A stretch of 64,000 nucleotides of DNA from Rhizophagus irregularis (lineage: Eukaryota). The notes under the pieces are model-generated. The model was not told where the DNA came from, made no database searches, and was given only the letters and a program-made list of their open reading frames with translations. A program made the translations under genes and the position numbers. The stretch is taken from NCBI RefSeq assembly GCF_026210795.1, contig NC_089432.1:4216001-4280000 (forward strand), written 5' to 3'. Every line of letters starts with the position of its first letter. The first letter of the stretch is position 1. This document shows positions 35,986 through 47,630 of the stretch, piece after piece.

Positions 35986-37445
35986 GTCTTGGCCATAATA
36001 ATGGAGAGACATTAAAGATGCACAAAGATTGGACAGACGAAATAAAATATAAAGATTTAGAGAAATTACAAGAGAAAGAATTAAAAGATTTAGTTAAAGA
36101 ATACGAAGATATTTGTATATATGGGGATAAGAAAATAAGTAAAACAAATATAATAGAATGTAATATAAGATTGAAAGATGAAACGCCAATAAATCAAAAA
36201 GCATATAGAGAAAGTACAGAAAATAGAGAAATAATAAAAAGAGAAATAGATAAAATGTTAAAAGAAGGAATAATACAAGAATCATGTAGTCCATGGTCGT
36301 CACCAGTGGTAATAGTAAATAAGAAGACAGGAGATAAAAGATTTTGTATAGATTTTAGAAAAATAAATCAAATGACTATAACAGACGCATACCCTTTGCC
36401 AAGGATAGATGACTTATTAGAAAAATTTAGAGTAGCAAAATGGTTTACAACAATTGATTTAGCAAGTGGATATTGGCAAATAGAGATGAAAGGAGAAGAT
36501 AAAGAAAAGACAGCATTTATTTGTAGTCAAGGACTATACGAATTTAATGTTATGCCGTTTGGATTAAAAAACGCACCGGCAATATTTCAAAGAACAATGA
36601 ATAAAATATTTAAAGAATACTTAGATAAATTTATGAACGTATATATAGATGATATTATAATATATTCGAAAAATTGGAACGAACATTTACAACATATAAA
36701 GATAGTATTAGAAGAATTAAGAAAAGCGGATATGATGTTAAAATTAAAGAAATGTGAATGGGCGAAAAAGAATGTAGAATATTTAGGACATATAGTAGGA
36801 ACAGATGGATTAAAACCAGATAATAAGAAAATAGAGAAGATTAAAAATTTAAAACCGCCAAAGAATATCAAACAAATAAGAGAAATAAATGGATTATGTT
36901 CATATTATAGAAAATTTGTGAAAGGATATTCAAAAATAGTAAAACCAATAATGGAATTAACGAGAAAGAATGTTCCTTTTGTATGGACAGATAAACAACA
37001 AAAAGCATTAGAAGAATTAAAAGAAAAATTAATAAATTATCCGATATTACAACATCCAAATTTTGAAAAAGAATTTATATTAATAACAGATGCATCAGGA
37101 GAAGGATTAGGAGCTATATTAGAACAATTAGATGAAAATAATAGAGAAATAGTTATTAGTTATGCAAGTAGAAGTTTAGTAAATGCAGAAAAGAGATATC
37201 CGATAACAGAATTAGAATGTTTAGCAGTATTTTGGGGAATAAAATATTTTCATAAATATTTATTTGGAAGAAAATTTAAAGTAATAACAGACCATGCAGC
37301 ATTAAAAGGATTTATAAGTACATCAAAAGTTCCTAAAGGAAGAAGAGGAAGATGGATGATGGAATTACAACAATATGATTTTGAGATAATACATAGACCA
37401 GGAAAAGAAAATAAGAATGCTGATGCGATGTCAAGGTTAATATGA
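35973..37445 (+). CDS. pol: Reverse transcriptase-RNase H (-1 frame relative to the protease)
   Basis: SPWSSPVV, RFCIDFRKIN, YPLPRIDDL, DLASGYWQ, YIDDII, LITDASG, ELECLAV, ADAMSR. Confidence 0.95.
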   Translation, partial: GKLLGLGHNNGETLKMHKDWTDEIKYKDLEKLQEKELKDLVKEYEDICIYGDKKISKTNIIECNIRLKDETPINQKAYRESTENREIIKREIDKMLKEGIIQESCSPWSSPVVIVNKKTGDKRFCIDFRKINQMTITDAYPLPRIDDLLEKFRVAKWFTTIDLASGYWQIEMKGEDKEKTAFICSQGLYEFNVMPFGLKNAPAIFQRTMNKIFKEYLDKFMNVYIDDIIIYSKNWNEHLQHIKIVLEELRKADMMLKLKKCEWAKKNVEYLGHIVGTDGLKPDNKKIEKIKNLKPPKNIKQIREINGLCSYYRKFVKGYSKIVKPIMELTRKNVPFVWTDKQQKALEELKEKLINYPILQHPNFEKEFILITDASGEGLGAILEQLDENNREIVISYASRSLVNAEKRYPITELECLAVFWGIKYFHKYLFGRKFKVITDHAALKGFISTSKVPKGRRGRWMMELQQYDFEIIHRPGKENKNADAMSRLI

Positions 37446-37643
37446 GAAAGATAAAAGTTTAGAAAATAATAAATAGTAATGAATAACGAGATAAATAAAA
37501 TTAAAAAATGGTTGAAAGAATAGGATTAGAAATATATATATTTATAATTCATACAAATATAAATTATCATTGCATATTATTTGAAGATAAAGAAATAAAA
37601 TTTATTTTACCATTTGAAAACGAAATAGAAAATTTATTAACAA

Positions 37644-38867
37644 ATGGATGAAAAAGAATATGATAAAATTGTAAAGAATATAGAAAAAGAAGAAAAATAC
37701 GTACAAGAAAATGGAGTTTTATATAAAATTAAAGATGAAAATAAATTTAGAGTAATAAGAAGATTTGAATTAGAAGGAATAATGTATATGATGCATGATC
37801 ATGAATTATCAGCACATTTTGGGATTCAAGCTACATATGAAAAAGTAAAGGAAAAATATTGGTGGAAGAATATGAAACGAGATGTAGAAAAATATGTAAA
37901 AAGTTGTGATAATTGTCAAAGAAGAAATAATCCACAAGGGTTACATGAATTACATCCAATAGAAGTAAAAGAACCTTTTCATATGATTGGAATAGATGTA
38001 ATAGGACCATTACCAAGAACAGAAGAAGGAAATAAATATATAGTAGTAGCAATAGATTTCTTTACGAAATGGCCAGAAGCAAAAGCAATAAAAGAAGCAA
38101 ATGCAAAAGAAATATCAAAATTCATTTATGAAGAAATAATTTGTCGACATGGATGTCCAAAGAAAATACTTACAGATAATGGATCGGAATTTAATAATCA
38201 ATTAACTAAAAATCTTACAGAAAAATTTAATGTTCAACATAAATTCTCGACTCCTTATCACCCTAAAACAAATGGATTAGTAGAACGATTTAATAAAACA
38301 TTAATAGAATCATTGGCGAAATTAGTAAAAGAAAAGTTAACGATATATAGAAATAGAGAATATGAAGATAAAAATTGGGATCAAAGAATAGCACCAATAT
38401 TGTTTGCATATAGAAGTAAAATACAGAAATCAAGTAAAATGACACCATTTTATTTAACTTATGGAAGAAGAGTAATATTACCGAATGATGAAGAAGTTAA
38501 AGGAATTACAATGATTAAAAGAATAGAACATATAATAGAAGAATTACCAATAAAAAGACATGAAGCAAAGAAGAATATTGAAAAAGCACAAGAACAACAA
38601 AAGAAATATCATGACAAAATTGGAAAACGAAAACAAAACTTTCAAATAGGAGATAAAGTATTATACTTTGATGCGGCGAAATACAAAACACATACAGGAA
38701 AACTAGAAGAAAAATGGAAGGGACCGTATTATATACATGAAGTAATAATAAATGGATCGTACAAAATTAAAGAATTAAATGGAAGAATTTTAAGAAGACC
38801 AGTAAATGGAGAATTATTAAAGGAATATTTTGATAGAGAAATATTTAAACCATATATAGTAATATAA
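37644..38867 (+). CDS. Gypsy integrase (HHCC, DDE, GPY/F) as a separate ORF
   Basis: HDHELSAH..CDNC, IGIDVIGP, LTDNGSEF, LVERFNKTL, KWKGPY; no chromodomain. Confidence 0.95.
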   Translation: MDEKEYDKIVKNIEKEEKYVQENGVLYKIKDENKFRVIRRFELEGIMYMMHDHELSAHFGIQATYEKVKEKYWWKNMKRDVEKYVKSCDNCQRRNNPQGLHELHPIEVKEPFHMIGIDVIGPLPRTEEGNKYIVVAIDFFTKWPEAKAIKEANAKEISKFIYEEIICRHGCPKKILTDNGSEFNNQLTKNLTEKFNVQHKFSTPYHPKTNGLVERFNKTLIESLAKLVKEKLTIYRNREYEDKNWDQRIAPILFAYRSKIQKSSKMTPFYLTYGRRVILPNDEEVKGITMIKRIEHIIEELPIKRHEAKKNIEKAQEQQKKYHDKIGKRKQNFQIGDKVLYFDAAKYKTHTGKLEEKWKGPYYIHEVIINGSYKIKELNGRILRRPVNGELLKEYFDREIFKPYIVI

Positions 38868-38931
38868 TAAGTTTGAGACCCGAATTCGATTCTTAATTTA
38901 TGGGACATAAATTTTTTAAGAGGAGGATAAA

Positions 38932-39566
38932 TGTAATAACTGAAAATATAATAAATAAATGACGCAGTAAATCCTGTGGCGCAGTAGGTCACATGATATG
39001 GTTACACAAGAAGAAATGGTTGGGAATACAAAAGTCACGTGACAAGTCACATGGCGCAGTAAATGACGGATAAACATTTAGCCGATGGATAAATAATTAG
39101 CCAATAAAATTATATTTATAGTTTAGTTTAGTGTAACAAGAAAGTCATATGATAATACATCTTTTATTTCTTATTATTCTTAGAATTTTGATAGAGAGAA
39201 AGAGTAGTAGATAGTAGAAATGATTTTCTTAAAATGTATAAATACAAGTGGATTTCGATAGGAAATTCGGTAGTTCAATTTTTTTTTTTTTTTGAAAAAT
39301 AAAAATTATTTCGTCGTTTAATAAAAACTAACACATTCTTTTAACCTTTTTCTTACGATGAAAAAGAGGTGTCATTTTTAATGACCTAAAAATAATTTAT
39401 AAATTTGGAGAAATTATCGCAAAATTAATTTTGAGTAAGAAATTATGTTTTGTAATTTTTGTAACTAATCTTTATTTTAAAACCAAGCATAGAAACTATA
39501 CGAACTCAACACGTCGGTGGCAACATACGATATTTTATTTTAATATCCTATGGGCGGCGTGTCACA
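38932..39566 (+). repeat. 3' LTR
   Basis: Copy of 29986-30620, preceded by a purine tract. Confidence 0.95.
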
Positions 39567-39570
39567 ACTT

Positions 39571-41301
39571 GATCCCAGTCACTATATTTCTGCCCCATCA
39601 CTATCCTGGGATGGAATGCTTAAGATGACAGGAGTTAGGATAGAACTTTTCACAGATATGGCCATGCATGATTTTACTGAAAAAGCTAAATGTGGTGGTA
39701 TATCTAAGACTTGTAAGCGATATTTTAAGGCTAATAATCCCAAGATGGGAGAAGCCTATGACCCATCCAAACCCACATCCTGGATCTCATATGTAGACGC
39801 AACAAATCTTTATGGACATTCTATGAGCCAATATTTGCCTATCGGAAATTATAAATGGGAAGCCAGCAGGGGATATTTACTCGAGAACCTGGCTATGCAA
39901 AAGAAACTCCTCGACATGGCTCTTAGGATCAAGCCAGATGCAAAACGAAGATGTTACTTAAATATTAACTCTCACTTCCCTCTAAAGACCCATGATTATT
40001 TAAGCGACCTGCCTCCAGCCGTGGAAAATGTCACTGTAGAAAAGGATTGGTTATGTCCATATAATGCTAAACTTGTAGAACAATTAGATGGTGGACGCTT
40101 CTCTGCCACAGAAAAATTAGTTCCCCATCTTGGACCACGAAAGAACTATGTTATCCATTACCAAGAGCTCCAATATTATGTAAAATTAGGTATGGTTGTA
40201 GATGAAGTTTCAGAGATACTCTTTTTCGACCAGACTAACTGGCTTGAACCATATATATCTTTTAATACTGAGAAACGTAATGAGGCTAAAAAAGTTGGAA
40301 ATACATTCCTGAGTGACTTTTTCAAACTTATGAATGTATCAGTATATGGCAAGACTATGGAGAATGTTCGCAAGTACCAAGATGTCAAGATTATGAAGAA
40401 TAATAACGAGCGAAATGAAAAAGCTTTCTTGAAAAAGATCCGCAAGCCCTCATTCAAATATGCTAGGCAACTTGGAAATACACTTATAGGAGCGCATATG
40501 GGAAAAGCCAGCGTGACTCTCAACAAGCCTATCATAGTTGGAGCATCTGTTTTGGGACTTAGCAAGCTTCACATGTACGAATTCTGGTATGGATATGTGA
40601 AGGAAAAATATGGGGATAAATCCCAGCTCGGCTATATGGATACAGACTCCTTTATATATCATGTTGAGACTGAAGATGTTTATAAAGATATGGATGAGCG
40701 ACTAGATCTCTTTAATCTTAATGGAGATCAAACAGTTGGCAAATTTAAAGATGAAACCCCTGGTAATGTAATCACAGAATCCTATCATATCTGAGCCAAA
40801 TCTTACCACTATGTATTGGCAGATAAGTCCACGAAGTCTAAGCACAAGGGGGTTAGCAAGAAGGGGATGAATGAGATGGCTACAGATACATACATGCCAT
40901 CTTTAGAGAGATCTCTGCTTAATGATCCGATAGATAAGTCCTCATTAACGGAACAAGAAGCTATGCGAACTGAGGCAGATCCCATGACTCTAGTATATCG
41001 GGACTGTCTCTTTGGCAAAGAAGTATTCTACGCCAAGAATGATGGCATTCGATCAAAGGACCATGTATTATCCCTGGTCGAATCAGAGAAAAAGGCCTTG
41101 TGTCCCATAGATACTAAGCGCTGGATATTATCAGACGGGATTAGCTCTTTGCCGTATGACCATTTCCGCATCAAGGTGTATAAGAATATGGTCAAAGATG
41201 GTATCCCCCATGAAGAGGCCGAAAAAAGAGCTATAAGGGCTAAGCTCCCAGAGAAATATCAAAATGAAAGTACGTCTCACATAGCCAGCTCCCAGCAATA
41301 A
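39571..41301 (+). pseudogene. polB: Protein-primed DNA polymerase B, 3' part (polymerase domain)
   Basis: Removing the LTR element restores YYELDPSHYISAPSLSWDGMLK. Motifs YVDATNLYGHSM, FKLMNVSVYGK, YMDTDSF, GKFKDE; TGA at 40792 in HI*AKSY. Confidence 0.92.
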
Positions 41302-41702
41302 GCTAGACTAGTGATGACTTCCGCATAGCACTTACATAATTATTTTATTTTTTTCTGGCGCAATAAATATTCAGTTATTTTTCCAGATTATAAAAATGCC
41401 TTCTAAAAAATATTACACAAATTCGGAAAAAGAAAAGATATACACTATTGTGAATATCAAAGAGTCTATTATAGCGCTGGAACGTGATGTAACTAAAATA
41501 CATCAAAATCTTAAAACAATTGCCCGAGAAATCTATTATCTATTATCTATATAATGCTATGGCACCCGAAGATTTCGAAAAAAATGTTAAGAAGTGATAT
41601 AGACGAAATGTACAACTCTATTTCTCATATTCATTCGGGAAAAGAAATACAATCCAGTGATAATTAATCAGTTATTTTTTTTTCAGGCCATAGATCGATA
41701 GT

Positions 41703-42305
41703 TCAAGGAAGTCTAATAGTCCGAAAAACTCTGGCTAGCCTACGAAATTCATCCGCAGTATTTGGTATATAGTCATAGGAACGGAAGACTCTGGCCAGTC
41801 TAAGAAATTCATCCCTTAGTTCGTAAAGCAAACAGATATCCTGGTAGTACCTGTTCAGTTCATGGTCATGTTTTAAATGATATTGTATATCACGTCTTGT
41901 AAAATAGCTTATAAATCGATTTTTATTATGAAGAAATTGCCTTCTTCTACTATAGTGAAAAGCATTTAAGAAAGCTTTATGGTGATATAACATAGAAAGA
42001 GAAATAGTCCTTGCACTTAACCGATAAAGAATATTACTCCATATATCACTAACCTTGCAATAGTTAACAAAGTTAGCTAGGCTAACATGATTATCATATA
42101 GGTGAAAAAGAATATTATCACGAATGCTGGGAATACTAATAAACTCGGCTTTTCTTTTTTTCCGAATAACATGCTTAGATACAACATTCCATTGATGATT
42201 TACTCTGGCACAACTCCTATAAAGATCTTTCCGACTGAGAAAGGCAAAGATAGCTTCAAGTAGCTCAGGTATTTCTAGGATATTATACATATTTTTTTGG
42301 TACAA
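41703..42305 (-). CDS. F-box-like protein (element cargo)
   Basis: N-terminal ILEIPELLEAIFAFLSRKDLYRSCARVNHQW fits the F-box consensus; a degenerate second copy follows. Confidence 0.7.
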   Translation of the reverse strand: MYQKNMYNILEIPELLEAIFAFLSRKDLYRSCARVNHQWNVVSKHVIRKKRKAEFISIPSIRDNILFHLYDNHVSLANFVNYCKVSDIWSNILYRLSARTISLSMLYHHKAFLNAFHYSRRRQFLHNKNRFISYFTRRDIQYHLKHDHELNRYYQDICLLYELRDEFLRLARVFRSYDYIPNTADEFRRLARVFRTIRLP

Positions 42306-42334
42306 TAATATACAGTTATAAAAATATTACTAAA

Positions 42335-43103
42335 ATGAGATCAGTCGATCGTGTAGTAGTTTTTGAAAAAATCAGAGCGCTAGAGGAAAGGCTGGATGTT
42401 ATAGATAATCGTTTAGATACATTGTTTTCCTCCTTCTATTGTTCATCCGAGTCCAGTTCATCCGAGTCAGATTATGAGCCATGCAAACCTACCGCCCCTG
42501 AAAAATCCGGTAATAAGAAGGTGAAACGTAAAAGATATCCACCCCGATCTGTTAACGTTAAATCAACAAAATATTGAATCGATCAGTCTATCTGGTAATG
42601 GCTAAGAAATCGAGGAATAATAGGCGCAAGACCGCAGGTAAGTTCACTACTAATCCCACGCAGTACTTACCATTATGCAATCCGGCCAAATATGATCACA
42701 CATATGATAGGGCAACTGGCTTTATCATTGTTAAGAATATAAGGCAAGATAGGGTAGTAGGCGTGTTTGATTATCCAGAACTGTGCGATTATCTGAGAGT
42801 CCGATCCGGTAATAATTAATAGTTATATTTTTTATACATAATTAGACTAATTTCCGCAGATAAGGAATGGAAAACGATAAAAAAGAGGAGTCAGAGACTC
42901 GAAGCGATCCTAAAAGGGCCAGCTATGCTTCCTCATCCAATATTTTACCTAGCGATCCGGAGGAGCTAACCAAAGTATTTGAGAAAAATTTGGAGGGACT
43001 AGAAAACCTTGTAAAATTGCTTAAAAGCGATGTGAATAAAATGATTGATATTTCCGATCCCAATTTCCCAAGCAGATCGATTAATGCTAGTCCGGAGAAA
43101 TGA
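42335..43103 (+). CDS. Cluster of three small, tightly packed hypothetical ORFs (42335-42577, 42574-42819, 42867-43103)
   Basis: Intronless 78-81 aa ORFs in virus-like packing; no family recognised. Confidence 0.45.
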
Positions 43104-43715
43104 TCATCATCTCGGAAGAATTGCTGAGCCATGCACTGCGCCTTCGGCCAAATTGTGCGACAAAATAAATGATCACACGGGCAGGTTTGTGCGACAGGGG
43201 AATTTCTCACATATCAAGCGAAAAGAAATTATATTAACTTCCTATTCATATTTTTTCCCCAAACAAACATGAGAAAAATGCGAAGGGAGGTCTAGTTGCA
43301 ACACAGGACCTATCGTAAAAGTAAATATTGACGGCAAAAGCATATGTTATGAAAGGCTGAGGACTTCGCAATTTCGAGATCGCAGGCGTAAGACCAAATA
43401 TGTCTCTCCGGTAGATCTACATGTGAAAAGGTAAGAGGATTCCGTTTACATGTGCTTTCAAAGAGCTCTTGGAATCATACGACAATGCTAATCACGCCTC
43501 ATACCTCCCTAACTTCGGCTTGGAGCTCTTTTTCCCAGCAAGATATAAAGCACGTAGAGGTATGTGGAAGTTCAGCCAACTTTCCGCAAAAAACTTTCCC
43601 GTAAAAATAACGCAAAAAATAAGGTATGTACAGTATATGCCAGAAGTTATGTACAGTATGTATGGGAGCGAGTTTTTTTTCTCACTATAGGGTTTGTTTT
43701 ATCAAATAAAGCAAG

Positions 43716-43964
43716 ATGTCTTCCAAATTCACTCAAGCTGACAAGATTAAAAAATATGAAACGGAAAGACTTATCAAGTATTTGCGGGAGGATTCCAAAT
43801 CAGAAGGCTTAGAACTTGACAATGACTTTTTTACAAAGCTTGAGGAGGAAAATATTACCGGTCATTTATTTCTCAAGTTAACCAGACAGGAATTTAGAGA
43901 ATTCGGAATGGGATTGAGACCAGCATTGGAGCTTGAGGACTACATTAAGAAGCTGTGTGAGTAA
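43716..43964 (+). CDS. Stand-alone SAM-like domain protein
   Basis: IKKYETERLIKYL...FFTKLEEENITGHLFLKLTRQEFREFGM..PALEL fits the SAM pattern. Confidence 0.7.
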   Translation: MSSKFTQADKIKKYETERLIKYLREDSKSEGLELDNDFFTKLEEENITGHLFLKLTRQEFREFGMGLRPALELEDYIKKLCE

Positions 43965-44685
43965 TTTAGCCGAAAGGCGCTTTGCATATCATTATATCTT
44001 AAATTTATTGAGCGTTGTTCTTATAACAGATGATCGAAAAGCAAGAGTAAATTTAGGAGATTTTCTCGTTAAAAAATAGAATTTTTTATGTATTGTAAGC
44101 CGGGATCCGGCAACGATTTATTTCATAAATAAAGTATTATTATTATTGTACTGTACATGAGAAATGGTCATGTGTAATGGTGCGGTCCAGGACTATAAAT
44201 CTAACATTTTTTATCCGAACCATTCTAGCCTACATAAAAAACGTAGCACTATATCAGGTGATAAGTGAGAAGAGTCTTCACAGTTGGTGGGGCGCAGTGA
44301 TTAGTCGATTGTTGCACCTATAATACCTATAATGCAATGTGGCTGATCACACGGCAGGGTAAAAATTTTTCCATAGATCCGTTTACTTGACGCGTGAACT
44401 TAGTAAATGATCGACGATCATGAAAATATTACTGTGAAAATCACGGGCGACCATTAGTAAACATGAGATAAAAGTAATTATTTTTTAATATTGACAAGGG
44501 GTTAATATGAACAATATGAACAGCATTCACCCGATACTAACGATTTGAATGAAATTAATTTCACAAGGTTTCATATTCAAAAAAAAATTTTCAATGAATT
44601 TTTTCTTATAAAAAGACAACGGATTAATGAATATTGCACATAAAATTTTTTAAGTTGAGAAAATATTACAATTACACAAAAAATT

Positions 44686-45150
44686 ATGAAACAAAGTTTG
44701 ACTTTTGCGGTCATTTTATTGGCCATGCTTTCCATGATCAATGCTTTTCCACTTCATAAAAGAAAAACTGAATTTTCAGATTGTGAAGGCCTACATCTCG
44801 ATGTAAAATCAATGACGCCTGATCCTATCCAAGCAGGAAAAAACGCAACCTTTACCATTTCCGGAGATTTTACCACACATCCGTTAACGTCAGAATTCAA
44901 GCAATATATTGCAATTGGTGAAGGTTTTGCTTATATAGCAACCTATGATCAAGATATTTGTAGTGACAGCAGTGTCAGCAGTAGTGACATACCCAAGTGT
45001 CCAGTTACCGATTATAATACAACGATGACGATTCAGGTGCCAGACTATTTAGACAGCAGTTACGTACTTTTAGTCTTTATTTGGGATGGGAATTATACGT
45101 CGAAGGGGCCGGAATGGTTGGCCTGTGCACGTGCCTTTGTTGGCCAATGA
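44686..45150 (+). CDS. Secreted ML-domain (MD-2/NPC2-like lipid-binding) protein
   Basis: Signal peptide MKQSLTFAVILLAMLSMINA, KR site, FSDC, MTPDPIQAGKNATFTISG, DIC..KCP, terminal LACA. Confidence 0.8.
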   Translation: MKQSLTFAVILLAMLSMINAFPLHKRKTEFSDCEGLHLDVKSMTPDPIQAGKNATFTISGDFTTHPLTSEFKQYIAIGEGFAYIATYDQDICSDSSVSSSDIPKCPVTDYNTTMTIQVPDYLDSSYVLLVFIWDGNYTSKGPEWLACARAFVGQ

Positions 45151-45789
45151 AATTGCTGACGGGTGTCCTATCGCCTCATATCAATTAAAATAGTTTTTTT
45201 TTTCTTGATGAATTAATCCTTTTTTAATAAGTCATTTTTTTTTGCTAAATTTGCCAAACTAATAATAATTACAAACCAATAAAGTAAACTAATTCTTTAA
45301 TTACTACGGTTGGTCTATGATTATGATTTGCGTGAGTGTCTTTGCAATTCAAAACTGTATGCATGTTAGAAATAACAACCAGTTTTTCATTTGTCTAAAA
45401 TATCTATACAATACATTATCCCAACAATAACTCCGTGATTTTGCCCAACCATTGATTTGGAGCGAGATAAGCAATGTGTTTATTGATCATGAGTATACAT
45501 ATAAACTATACTGTACCGGTGAAACGATATTGAGTATGATATGACTTACGTTGTATGTATGGTATTGGGCTATATTTTTTAAATTTATAAATCCTGTGTG
45601 ACCGCTCATCGAATAACTAAAACACACAATCTCCAGCATAATCCCGGCTCTATATGAATACACATAATCTAACTCCGCCTCAAATCTGTATAAATTTGAA
45701 ACGTGTTATTCACTAGTATAAGTTAATAAAGAATCGCTAAAACACTATAAAACTCTGAAATCGCTATAAACACTAATTTACTAATAAAT

Positions 45790-46572
45790 ATGCCAGGTGA
45801 TATGGTTAAGATCATATTAGATAAGATTTATAATAAAATTGTACCTAAACCTATCAATCTCCGCCCTGGGTATGATATGGAACATGTTTTTAACTATCGA
45901 CTTCAAACTGATAACTATCGATATGAAAAAGTGGTTGAAATAGAAAAACAATATGATTATTTATCTATTATTAGACCTCATGAAACTTCCCAGCAATGGG
46001 CTAATCGTGTAAGAGGTCCTCTGCAAGAACTACTTTCTAAGCGAGAATATAGTTTATATCATGTGTACTGCCTCTTCGCTTCCTTTGGGCAAGTAAAATC
46101 CACAACATACTATGTTAATGGTGATTTAAATAGTACCCCCTTTGAATATTGTAGACCTAATGTCCATAAAAGTCAGATGGCTATCTGCTTTAAATGCTGG
46201 AAATTGGTGAAGATTACCGAAGTAGAGCCTAGAAAGGAATATTATAGTGGCTGGGGGAGATGGGCCTATGAGGTTGAGTCCGAAGATTTGATGAAGAATC
46301 ATTGGAATTACTCTTGCTTCAAGGCTAATACTGCAACTATAACAAAAAATACTATGCTAAGTGCTTCAAATTTCGAGCCAGCTTATATTCCACCTTCCGG
46401 GCAAGAAATGATTTCACCAACTTCTTATCAATCATCGAATTGTAGAATTAATACAAGTGAAATATTTATCTCGTCTCTGTATGCTAAACAAAATAATTTA
46501 CTACCATCCATAAACCATCTTAATCAGCCAGTGTTAAAATTAGAAGATGGAACGGAAATCACAATTGTTTAG
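45790..46572 (+). CDS. Hypothetical element protein (260 aa)
   Basis: Intronless ORF with CFKC and HW..SC, a possible zinc site. Confidence 0.6.
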   Translation: MPGDMVKIILDKIYNKIVPKPINLRPGYDMEHVFNYRLQTDNYRYEKVVEIEKQYDYLSIIRPHETSQQWANRVRGPLQELLSKREYSLYHVYCLFASFGQVKSTTYYVNGDLNSTPFEYCRPNVHKSQMAICFKCWKLVKITEVEPRKEYYSGWGRWAYEVESEDLMKNHWNYSCFKANTATITKNTMLSASNFEPAYIPPSGQEMISPTSYQSSNCRINTSEIFISSLYAKQNNLLPSINHLNQPVLKLEDGTEITIV

Positions 46573-46776
46573 GAGGAATTTTCTGAGAATATTCTTAGTA
46601 TTTTTTCCCAGAATCTAGGCCTGGCTAATTTTTTGGCTAATTTTTTAGGCGGAAAGTTTTGCTGGAAACAAATGGAATACCTAAACTTCTGGGAAAATAT
46701 GGAATTTCTGGACTTCCTGGAATATTTTTTTTTTCCGGGAATTTTCCAAGACTATATACTTACCCTATTCAAACAT

Positions 46777-47630
46777 ATGGCCAGCCAACTACATTTCAAT
46801 GATCACTATAAGAGTTTGCTTGACCAATTACCCCCATCCATGAAAAAGGATGTATGGTTACGCCTTACAAACCGCAAAAATAAACCATTATCTGAGGAGC
46901 AGGTTAGGGGTATCCATCCAGACATTGAAGAGTTGCTTACTAGGGAGGTTAATAGATACCATAACAAAAAAAATCGCCAGAAGATTAAGATTGAATCCCA
47001 GAGGGATCCTCCACCTTATTTCGGCTAGATGGATTTGAGAAACAGTTAGAGGAACGTGAGCTTCATGTACAGCAACGGGAGAATAATATTAAGAAAACTA
47101 TTGAGGCCCAGGTTGCTGAGGAACGTAAACATCTAAAAGATGAATATGATGCTCTTAAGTCTCGTCTGGAGAGTGAATATAATAATTGTATGGTAGATAT
47201 GAAACAGAAAATATATTCATTCAAACATCAGCTAGAAGAGCAACAGAAATCCGGCTCAGATGACTTGGAGAGGCAATACAAATCTCGTATCTGTGCTTTG
47301 GATAAATCTAATGCTGTGAAAGATAAGGAGATTGGCAAGTTATCAGCATCCCTATCACGATCTAAAAATGAAATAAAGGATCTTAAACATGTCCTTTCTT
47401 CAGTTAAAAAAACTATCAAGACATTGGATGATATTATCTATTCTAAAGACCAAACAATTATTGCCTATTATGATGGAATCTGTTCTATCAATCCTGACTG
47501 TATAGATAATACTATAGAGCCAACTATCTTTTATGAAAAAGAAGCCAAAGTATTGTGGACTAGATGGCATGATGACGCTAAAGATGATCTAAACATCCGA
47601 AAAAAATATACTTTTCGAACTCGTGTCTAG
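46777..47630 (+). pseudogene. Coiled-coil hypothetical protein, frameshifted at ~46995
   Basis: MASQLHFNDHY...KIKIE continues in another frame as PEGSSTLFRLDGFEKQLEERE, which is in frame with ORF 47190-47630. Confidence 0.6.

Larger units (their letters stand above)
29986..39566 (+). mobile_element. Full-length Ty3/Gypsy LTR retrotransposon nested in polB
   Basis: 635-bp TG...CA LTRs; TSD ACTT at 29982-29985 and 39567-39570; domain order gag-PR-RT-RH-IN; PPT AAGAGGAGGATAAA before the 3' LTR. Confidence 0.96.

Noticed and set aside
26992..41301. TGA-as-Trp genetic code (mitochondrial plasmid origin) for polB
   Set aside because: Trp is encoded by TGG throughout, and at least one TGA sits at a conserved Arg position; CGA>TGA decay fits better.
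44098..45649. 9-bp inverted repeat AGCCGGGAT/ATCCCGGCT around the ML gene as a nested TE
   Set aside because: Too short and no TSD found; may be chance.
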